From Macrostomum lignano (taxonomy: Eukaryota), in assembly GCA_002269645.1 (NCBI GenBank), contig NIVC01000732.1, forward strand, positions 248,001 through 312,000: a DNA stretch of 64,000 nt, read 5' to 3'. Each line of letters begins with the position of its first letter. Position 1 is the first letter of the stretch. Position numbers and translations under genes: made by a program. Under the pieces are notes generated by a model. That model did not search any database. It was given only the letters and a program-made list of their open reading frames with translations, and was not told the DNA's origin. This document shows positions 54,254 to 64,000 of this stretch, piece by piece.

Positions 54254-57200
54254 ATGGCAACATCTGCTGCAGAGCCTGGAGCTTCTAGAAGCGAACAAGA
54301 GCTCATTGCCGATTGCACCTGCCCGGTGTGTCAGGAACTGTTCCAGCATCCCCAGAGGCTGACAGCCTGCAGGCACACATTCTGCAAGAAGTGCGCCAAA
54401 AAGATGGCCGCGAAGACTTCGAATCCGATGGAGGAAGCTGCCGAAATGTCATTTGGCTTGTTCGGGATGTTTCACCACCGGGAGCGTAAAACTTCGGCGA
54501 AGGAGAAGCCGGGCAGCGTCTGCTGTCCCATCTGCAGGGAGACTAGCGAGAAGTTCGAGCCGGATGAGACCATCGAGTACTTGGTTAAGGTGAGCTGGGT
54601 AGGGTGAGTGGGCTGATGATTAGGCTTAGAGTAGGTTTGGGGTAGGTTTAGAAAAGATTTGGAGTAGCTTAAGTAAGTAGATTTGTAGTAGCTTGAGTAG
54701 ATTTGAAGCAGGTTGAGTAGACTTGGAGTAGATTGAGTAAGTTTAAAGTAGATTTACAGTAGGTAGAGTAGAATTGAAGTAGGTTGAGTAGACTTGCAGT
54801 ACGTTTAAAGTAGATTTAAAGTAGATTGAGTAAATTTTGAGTAGGTTTAGAGTAGATTTGGAGTAGGTTAATTAGATTTGGAGTAAAATTGAGTAGATTT
54901 GGAGTAGATTGAGTAGATTTGAAGTTGACTGAGTAGATTTCAGGTAGGTTTAGTAGATTTGGAGTGGGTTGAGTAGATTTGGAGGAGGCTACGTTGAGTA
55001 GACTGTCTCCCCCAAAACTGCCGCAGGTGCTACAGGAGATGCGACATCAGAGCCGTTGCTCTGGCGCCGAGTCCTGCCTGACCGAAGCCACGCTGCAGTG
55101 CCCCTGCTGCGACAAGCGCTTCTGTCAGTCGCACCATGCAGCCCAGCTTACCGCCCTCAAAGACTCCGGAACCGCTCTGCTCAAAGACCTGGACTCTTTG
55201 CTCTCTGAACCGGACGAAAATGGCGACGAGAAGCTGAAGCAGCTGCAATCAGCGATGTCGGAGTCTGTAGAACTCGAGTCGTTGCTAGCCGAACAGCTTC
55301 ATCGGAAATTTGCCGATTTTCGCGAACAGATCGGGCTGTGCCAATCCCAGCTGCAGTCTCCCCTTGTCCCAGATGAGGCCGAGCGGTCGGTGCTGCTCCT
55401 GGACAGAGCGGTGCTGAGACAGCTCACCTCCAACGGGGCCGGCGCCAGGCTTGCCCGTCTGCTTCCGGAAGCAAAATCCCGAGCAAAACGCGCTCAGGAG
55501 CGTTGGCCTGAGAGGCGGTTGGCTTTGCAGTTTGACGCGGTGAAAATGCAAGACGATTTCGAAGGCTTGCTGGCTCAGCACGCCAGCTCGGCGGTTTTCC
55601 AGTCGCCTTACGAGGGCCTGCCGCCCATGCTGACACGAGTGCGGCAGCAGAATCTCTCGCAGAAGCCCTGGGATATCGGCATCCTGTCCAATCTGGAGGG
55701 CATTGTCTGCTGCGATGGGGCCATCAAGCTGCGATCCAGTGTTGGCGATTCGGCCGGATCGGCTAAAGAGTTGACTGGGCCCCTGCTGGTGATCAATGCT
55801 CAGTGCTTTCCCACCAAAATGCTGCACGTTACCGACCTGGAGGTGAGATGGTGATTGCTGGACTGGGTCATTGTGAGCTGGACTGGGTCATTGTGATCTG
55901 GACTGGGTCATTGTGATCTGGACTGGGTCATTGTAATCTGGACTGGGTCATTGTGAGCTGGACTGGGTTATTGTGAGCTGGACTGGGTCATTGTGAGTTG
56001 GACTGGGTCATTGTGGGCTGGACTGGGTCATTGTGAGATTGACTGGATTATTGTGAGATTGACTGGGTTATTGGGAGCTGGACTGGGTCATTGTGAGCTG
56101 GACTCGGTCATTGGGAGCTGGACTGGGTCATTGCTAGCTGGACTGGGTGATTGTGAGCTGGACTGGGTCATTGTGATCTGGACTGGGTCATTGTGATCTG
56201 GACAGGGTCATTGTGATCTGAACTGGGTCATTGTGAGCTGGACTGGGTTATTGTGAGCTGGACTGGGTCATTGTGAGTTGGACTGGGTCATTGTGGGCTG
56301 GACTGGGTCATTGTGAGATTGACTGGATTATTGTGAGATTGACTGGGTTATTGGGAGCTGGACTGGGTCATTGTGAGCTGGACTCGGTGATTGTGAGCTG
56401 GACTGGGTCATTGCTAGCTGGACTGGGTGATTGTGAGCTGGACTGGGTCATTGTGAGCTGGACTGGGTGATTGTGAGCTGGACTGGGTCATTGTGAGCTG
56501 GACTGGGTCATTGTGAGCTGGACTGGGTCATTTTGAGCTGGACTGGGTCATTGTGAGCTGGACTGGGTCATTGTGAGCTGGACTGGGTCATTGTGAGCTG
56601 GACTGGGTCATTTTGAGCTGCACTTGGTCATTATGAGCTGCACTTGGTCATTATGAGCTGCACTTGGTCATTGTAAGCTGGACTGGGTCATTGCGAGCTG
56701 GACTGGGTGATTGTGAGCTGCACTTGGTCATTGTGAGCTGGACTTGGTCATTGTGAGCTGGACTTGGTCATTACAAGCTAAATAAACCATACATTAACAG
56801 CCCTGCTATCTGCACAATCCAATTTAAACCCAACCTTCCAGGTGAAGCAGGTGGCTACAATAACTCCCAAGTTCAATGGCGAGGGCATGCCTGGCAGGAT
56901 GCACATCTACAACCAGCGCCAGCTAATCCTTACCTCAGACGCTTCCAGGCACCGAGTCACCGTGTTCAACCTGGAGGGTCGCACTGTGACCAGCTTCGGC
57001 GAGAAAGGCTCAGAACCTCGCCAGTTTCACAGTCCTCTCGGCCTCAGCGCATTTGGCGGTCAAATGTTCGTTGTGGATGCCAAGAATTTGAGGGTGCAGG
57101 TGAGTTGTGAATTAGTGCGCCTGCCCGAATCTTGTCTTCTACTCTGGCAGCATTGAAGTTAAGAATAACTAGAATACCTCTATATCTAAATCTAAATATC

Positions 57201-58875
57201 TCTATATCTCTATATCTAAATATCTATATCTATATCTAATCTATATCTAATCTATATCTATCTATATCTATCTATCTATATCTATCTATCTATATCTATA
57301 TCTATATCTATCTATATCTATATCTATATCTAATCTATATCTATATCTAATATCTATATCTAAATATCTCTATAATGTTCATTTCCAGCCTCTCCTTCTC
57401 TCCCCTTCTCTCCTCTTCTCTCCCCTTCTCTTCCTTCTCTTCCTTCTCTCCCCTTCTCTCCCCTTCTCTTCCTTCTCTCCCCTTCTCTCCCCTTCTCTTC
57501 CTTCTCTCCCCTTCTCTCCCCTTCTCTCACCTTCTCTCCTTCTCTCTCCTTCTCTTTCCTTCTCTCCCCTTCTCTCCCCTTCTCTCCCCTTCTCTCCCCT
57601 TCTCTCCCTTCTCTCCCTTTCTCTCACTTTCTCTCCCCTTCTCTCCTTTCTCTCCCCTTCTCTTTCCTTCTCTCACTTTCTCTCCCCTTCTCTCCCTTCT
57701 CTCCCCTTCTCTCCTCTTCTATCCCCTTCTCTCTCCTTCTCTCCTCTTCTCTCCGCTTCTCTCCCCTTCTCTCTCCTTTCTTTCCCCATCTCTCCTCTTC
57801 TCTCCCCTTCCTCTCACCTACTCTCCCCTTCTCTCCCCTTCTCTTTCCTTCTCTCCCCTTCTCTCCCCTTCTCTCCCCTCCTCTCCCCTTCTCTCCCCTT
57901 CTCTCCCCTTCTCTCCCCTCCTCTCCCCTTCTCTCCCCTGAAGTCAGGGTTGCTGTACTTGTACACCCTGTTTGAGCGTGTATATAGTATTGGCTCAGAA
58001 CCTCGCCAGTTTCACAGTCCTCTCGGCCTCAGCGCATTTGGCGGTCAAATGTTCGTTGTGGATGCCAAGAATTTGAGGGTGCAGGTGAGTTGTGAATTAG
58101 TGCGCCTGCCCGAATCTTGTCTTCTACTCTGGCAGCATTGAAGTTAAGAATAACTAGAATTTAAATCTAAATATCTCTATAATGTTCATTTCCAGCCTCT
58201 CTCCCCTTCTCTCTCCTTCTCTCCCCTTCTCTTCCTTCTCTCCCCTTCTCTCCCCTTCTCTCCCCTTCTCTCCCCTTCTCTTCCTTCTCTCCCCTTCTCT
58301 CCCCTGAAGTCCGGGTTGCTGTACTTGTACACCCTGTTTGAGCGTGTATATAGTATTGGCTCAGGAAGTTGAGTGAGCCTTGCAAACCGCAGGTATTCGA
58401 CATGGACAATGACTACAGCTGCTTGGCATTGATCAAACACGATGGATTTTCCAATGGACTGCAGTCGGTCCTTGCCACCGACAGTTCCGTATTCGTAGTT
58501 GATCGCGAACAGTCGAAGATGTTCGTCTTCAACAAAGCCAACAGGCAGTCGGTGGCGCCGCCATTGAAACTTGAATGCCAACCGTTCGATGTGGTGGCAG
58601 ACGACCATGGCAACGCATTGGTGACGCTGGTCCGAGAGGCCAAAGTGCTGGCAGTGAACAGGTGCGGCACAAAGCTGAAGACATTCGAATTCAAGGAGAC
58701 AGCCGAAGGCAGGCAGCAGATGCCGGACGACTTTCCGATGATGATGATGATGCCGATGCTCATGGCGAATGGCTGCCCGCCCAGGATGTTCCACGGGTTG
58801 GCGTTTGAGTCGGGCAGCAGACGGCTGTACATTGCGGACTTGATGCGGAGCTGCGTTGTGGTGGCGCAGCTCTGA
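54254..58875 (+). CDS. TRIM-NHL-like protein (RING, B-box-like, coiled coil, NHL propeller), 630 aa
   Basis: Exons 54254-54589, 55027-55842, 56842-57099 and 58393-58875, all phase 0. RING CPVC...CRHTFCKKC...CPIC; Cys/His cluster C..C..CPCCDKRFCQSHH; helical Leu-rich segment; NHL repeats FGEKGSEPRQFHSPLGL...FVVDAKNLRVQVFD and FHGLAF...LYIAD. Confidence 0.87.
54610..54990. repeat. Degenerate ~10-bp intronic repeat (GAGTAGATTT)
   Basis: Fills intron 1 of the TRIM-like gene. Confidence 0.85.
55856..56775. repeat. 20-bp intronic minisatellite (GACTGGGTCATTGTGAGCTG)
   Basis: Period 20; about 45 copies. Confidence 0.96.
57178..57939. repeat. (TATCTA)n-like tract followed by a (CCCCTTCTCT)n pyrimidine tract
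   Basis: Directly visible; a shorter copy of the CT tract lies at 58195-58305. Confidence 0.95.
57992..58364 (+). other. Tandem duplication of the 3' half of TRIM exon 3 plus the following intron
   Basis: The unique sequence of 57007-57998 recurs at 57992-58364; GGCTCAG is present at 57007, 57992 and 58358. Confidence 0.9.
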
Positions 58876-59080
58876 CGGCACTGACTGGCTGCGGTCACAC
58901 ATCTGTGCACTGCTTACGCCAAATTTTTGCTGAAATTTTCATTTTGCAAGTTGTACAACCGGGTCAGTTTATTTAACGTATCCACCGCTTATTAGCTGTG
59001 TGCTCTCGTGTAGCTTGCATTGCAGGCTGGCTGTCTGGCTCAGGAACCACCGGGGCGCGAAACCAGCTAGTCGGCTCTGC

Positions 59081-59520
<440 letters not shown>

Positions 59521-60289
59521 GGCTGTAAGCTTGGAAAATAATGACAAATGCTATAAATTTTCCTGATTTTCGGAAGCTTTCAAACCTAACGCTAAGTAGA
59601 CTTTCAAACATTTTGTCGGCAGTTAAGATTTTTACGATGGGTGTATGAAAAGTAAATACGAGTAGAATTTCGTTTTAAACTTTTGTCTGAATTAACTTAT
59701 GTACTTTATATTTTCATCGGATAGTTTTACACGTATTGACAACTAAACCAAATTTTGAGCTTCATCTAACAGACAGACGTGTTGTGTTATATGACAGTCC
59801 AGACCTCGAGATTAAAATTCGAATTTTGTCCTTGGCAAAAAAGTGTTCGTCATTTCTTGAATTTTTCGGGTCTTTATTCGAGAGTTATTATTGTTGGTAC
59901 TTTTTAATTAATAATCTTTGTGTTTTTTTGTTTAGATTTGACACTTTTCAACTGTTCAGAAAGCGGCTGAAAATATCACGTGAAATTGTGACAAATTTGC
60001 ACTCTAAAAACATTTCATTTACTGTATCAGGTAATTAATTACCTACCGCTTGTTGAACAGTTATTAAATATTCTGATTCAACATTAAAGCCACTGTTTTA
60101 TCCAGATAATATTAAGTTTTTGTTTTAATGAGCCCAAGCGTTTTATCTCATTCAATTGAACTTTTTTTTAAAAGGACAAAACTCCGTCTTGCTGTGAATA
60201 CTCGACTCCCTGCTTAGAAATGACATACGCTCGAACAAGGGGAACTTCGCATGCCAAGCAGGCCAAAATATGCCCCGTTATAAGGTACT

Positions 60290-60815
60290 AAACTGTGGGT
60301 GTGGCGCCGATTGTATCTGTGGGTTGTGGCGCCGATTGTATCTGTGGGTTGTGGCGCCGATTGTATCTGTGGGTTGTGGCGCCGATTGTATCTGTGGGTT
60401 GTGGCGCCGATTGTATCTGTGGGTTGTGGCGCCGATTGTATCTGTGGGTTGTGGCGCCGATTGTATCTGTGGGTTGTGGCGCCGATGGTATTTGTGGGTT
60501 GTGGCGCCGATGGTATTTGCGGGTTGTGGCGCCAATTGTATCTGTGGGTTGTGTCGCCGATTGTGTCTGTGGGTTGTGGCGCCGATGGTATTTGTGGGTT
60601 GTGGCGCCGATTGTGTTTGCGGGTTGTGGCGCCGATTGTATTTTTGGGTTGTGGCGCTGATTGTGCTTGGGTTGTGGCGTCGATTGTGTTTTTGGGTTGT
60701 GGCGCCGATTATGTTTTTTAGGTTGTGTGGCGCCGATTGTATTTGTAGGTTGTGGCGCCGATTGTATTTGTAGGTTGTGGCGCCAATTGTGTTAGCGGGT
60801 TTTGGCGCCGATTTC
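60290..60815. repeat. 25-bp minisatellite (TGTGGGTTGTGGCGCCGATTGTATC)
   Basis: Period 25 (60301 to 60326). Confidence 0.95.
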
Positions 60816-61337
60816 AATGCCACACATTAGAGAAAGAAAAAACTCTGGCTTAAAAGATTTTTTGATCTACTTATAGTAGCTAAAGAGCGCCAAAGTCAAT
60901 AATAGCTAGCCTTACTGCAAGTCGACTACTCGTATGTTGTGCTCTTAATCATTGTTTTACTTAGTCGAGTCTGAAGACTTTTTAGGGTGCTGGAGTTCCT
61001 ATCAGTTAATTGCTGTAATATTGAGGAGTCTTGTAGCAAATTGCAGGCTTCTCAACAGCCTCTGTTACAGTTTTCACCTGTGTTCTCAGTTGTGCTTTCA
61101 AGAAACATTCATAACTTTGTTTGTACAGCGCATCTTCAGGCTGGAACAGAATTAAACAAAAACGGTATAACAAAACTTATTTTGAATGAAAAATTTTATT
61201 TGAATTTTGTTCCTGTTTATCACGATAGTCTCAACAAATTACTGATAGTAGAAATTCTCGTGCAATGCTTTCTCTGATTGTATTATAAAATTATTTAAAA
61301 AATGAGCCTTTGTGCTCAGTTTCTACTTTTAGCATGT

Positions 61338-61890
61338 GTTTAGAATGTGCTCGATGTCTTCTTTAGAATGTGCTCAATGTCTACCTTAGAGAATGTGCTC
61401 AATGTCTACCTTAGAGAATGTGCTCAATGTCTACCTTAGAATATGCTTGATGTCTACTTTAGAGAATGTGCTCAATGTCTACCTTAGAATATGCTTGATG
61501 TCTACTTTAGAGAATGTGCTCAATGTCTACCTTAGAGAATGTGCTCAATGTCTACCTTAGAGAATGTGCTCAATGTCTACCTTAGAATATGCTTGATGTC
61601 TACTTTAGAGAATGTGCTCAATGTCTACCTTAGAATATGCTTGATGTCTACTTTAGAGAATGTGCTCAATGTCTACCTTAGAATGTGCTCGATGTCTACC
61701 TTAGAGAATGTGCTCAATGTCTACCTTAGAGAATGTGCTCAATGTCTACCTTAGAGAATGTGCTCAATGTCTACCTTAGAGAATGTGCTCAATGTCTACC
61801 TTAGAGAATGTGCTCAATGTCTACCTTAGAGAATGTGTTCAATGTCTACCTTAGAGAATGTGTTCAATGTCTACCTTAGAATGTGCTCAC
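61338..61890. repeat. 23-25-bp minisatellite (AGAATGTGCTCAATGTCTACCTTAG)
   Basis: Period 25 (61741 to 61766) with alternating variants. Confidence 0.95.
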
Positions 61891-62351
61891 GGTGTGCTCA
61901 AATTTCCCTCTATCAGACTCTGTTACCCCACAGTGTGTGAGCAGGATCTGACGGATGAGGTGTCTTCAAGTACGCTCGTACTTCCAATATTTGCTTGTAA
62001 AGAAGAACTCCAAACACAACTGTAAGCGCATTAAAGCTGACAACAAAGGCCTGAGGCTAGAGATTTAAGAATTCTTAAAATTATATTTTTTCGAAAAACA
62101 GCAGCATGTCCTCACATATCCGTTATCTCCTTTATTTCATTGCTTCCGAGTAGTTTGTTTTCAAAGGCCTTATTCAGAGGGAGGAGCAACGTTCTTCACT
62201 GCTCATTTAAGCAGCTTAAGAAATTTACATTTTTAACTCTGACTTGAATTGTTATAAAGGGGGGCATTTGTAATCCTCTTTTCAGTGAAGCTCAAGATTT
62301 CACACTGCTGTGCACTTTTAAACTGTTCACAAATTTCACCCTTCGCCCTTC

Positions 62352-62790
62352 CTGGGATCCCATCCTGAGATCCCATCCTGAGCTCCCATCCTGAGATCCC
62401 ATCCTGAGATCTCATCCTGAGATCCTATCCATCCTGAGCTCCCATCTTGAGATACCATCCTGAGATCCCATCCTGAGATCCCATCCTGAGATCCCATCCT
62501 GATATCCCATCCTGAGATCCCATCCTGAGATCTCATCCTGAGATCTTGTCCTGAGATCCCATCCTGATATCCCATCCTGAGATCTCATCCTGAGACCCTA
62601 TCCTGAGATTCTAGAATTAGATTTCATCCTGAGATCCCATCATGAGATCTCACCCTGAGATCCCATCCTTAGATCTCATCCTGAGACCCTATCCTGAGAT
62701 TCTAGAATGAGATTCCATAATGAGACCCCATCCTGAGACCCTATCCTGAGATTCTAGAATGAGATTCCATAATGAGACCCCTTCCTGAGG
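62352..62790. repeat. 13-bp minisatellite (ATCCCATCCTGAG)
   Basis: Tandem copies, degenerating at the 3' end. Confidence 0.93.
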
Positions 62791-63761
62791 CTATAATCTG
62801 AGATGCCCCAGCAGAAAATCCAGGGGGCGAACAAGTCTGTCTCACTAATAACTATAACTACCCGAATAACAATATCATGCCCCACTGGCCCTGAACTTGC
62901 AGACAACGCGTGTTGCATTGCGCCTCATCAGGAGCTCGGAAACTCGCCCAGCCTCCGGCACAGTCAGCCTGCTTCCTTCCCCTTGTGCCGCGGTCATTAT
63001 CACTGACCCGCTGCGCCGCATGGCCTGAGACAGCTCGCACAAATATGACGGCGAGAGCTCAGCCGAGCTCTCAGCTTAACTTCGGATTGCGTGCCAGGCT
63101 GGGAAAGAGGGAAATAGGGGAGAGAGGAGGAGACGGGGAGGAGGGGGGAGACAGCGCAGTGGGTGGCCTCGCTAATGCGTGTGTTTTCTCTCTAACCGAC
63201 CCCTTCAACGACTGCCACTCCCCCCCCCCCCGAGAGCTAGAGGGAGAGCTTCCCGGATAAGAAGATGGTACGTGGGGCGCGGGTGACGACGGCTAGATGG
63301 CTTCCCAGAAATCCCCAAAAACCACCTATAGCTTTAGTGTCTGTCTGCCTGCCTCTCGCTTTTTCACTCCCTCTTGGCCCTGAGCAGAAGAAGCTTCTCA
63401 ATCAAGAAAGAAAAAAATCAGCGCTGAGGAAGCGAAGAGAGAGAGAGAGGGAGGGTGGGACGGTCGACTGTGGAAGGGCGGTTTGTGGAACGAAAGAGTG
63501 GTGAGACGTGAGCTGTTCGACATCCTCCGGCGGCGCCCGCCACCTCCCGCCGGAGGGGGGGGGGCGGGGTTGGCTGAGGCTGACGTGCTGAAGCCTGAAG
63601 CTGCCGGCGCTTCCTGTTTGGAGTGATTAAAAGAGCGCGCGGCCAAGGCTGACAGAATGCAGTGATTTCATGTTTTTGTTTCAGTTATTAAAAAAAAGTC
63701 AGTCTGCTACTCTCTCGAGAAAAGCCCGTAGTGCGCAAGGCTTTACCAAACCGACTCCTTT

Positions 63762-64000
63762 TTAAAGCCAGCAGACAGACAGCGGGTCAGTCATGAGCGG
63801 CAAGCCCCGCAGGAAGGTGTCCGCACCCACTGGGCCCGTGTCCTCGGTGCTCGGCCTGTTCCAATTGCAGCGAACGCCGCCATCTCCGCCGAGGGTTGCG
63901 GCCGGCGGTGGCGTCGGTGGGGTCGGTGGTGTCGTTAATTCGAGCACGTCGCCGGTGCCACCGCGACGTCGATGGGGCCGGCAGAGCGACGCCGCCTCCT
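63762..64000 (-). CDS. Probable terminal coding exon of a gene entering from beyond the window
   Basis: GC-rich open frame running from the window edge to a stop at 63762 (Pro/Thr-rich ...DVLELTTPPTPPTPP...); no domain recognised. Confidence 0.3.
   Translation of the reverse strand, partial: EAASLCRPHRRRGGTGDVLELTTPPTPPTPPPAATLGGDGGVRCNWNRPSTEDTGPVGADTFLRGLPLMTDPLSVCWL

Noticed and set aside
42003-56775. CRISPR-like appearance of regular 16-37-bp repeats
   Set aside because: Units are directly adjacent with no unique spacers, there are no cas genes and the context is eukaryotic.
58186-58910. Minus-strand ORFs of 238 and 165 aa
   Set aside because: They are antisense shadows of the last NHL exon plus the CT repeat.

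Overview
This is eukaryotic (animal) genomic DNA. GC-rich exons, GT-AG introns packed with minisatellites and the gene families present suggest a free-living flatworm such as Macrostomum (inference). Left to right: (1) the 3' part of a tensin-like gene (SH2+PTB; 8 exons assembled in phase, 845-10242); (2) three intronless paralogues of an unrecognised family (12836, 31427, 35673), one with six 26-aa RGG/GW-like repeats; (3) a transposon-rich block: an orphan LTR with a tRNA-Leu-type PBS, an I-group LINE with RNase H inside a minisatellite, a decayed full-length Gypsy with a -1 frameshift site and pseudoknot, RTE-like LINE fragments, palindromic TTAA MITEs and CORE-like tRNA SINEs; (4) three intronless single-CRD TNF-receptor-like membrane proteins with BCMA/TACI-like cysteine spacing; (5) a 5-exon, 1331-aa gene fusing about 18-20 ankyrin repeats to a Mab-21/cGAS-like nucleotidyltransferase, head-to-head with (6) a 4-exon RING-B-box-like-coiled-coil-NHL (TRIM-like) gene. 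Items 2, 4, 5 and 6 together look like a candidate innate-immunity/RNA-surveillance gene cluster. All family calls are motif recognition by eye; no database search was run, and repeat-array ends are approximate.
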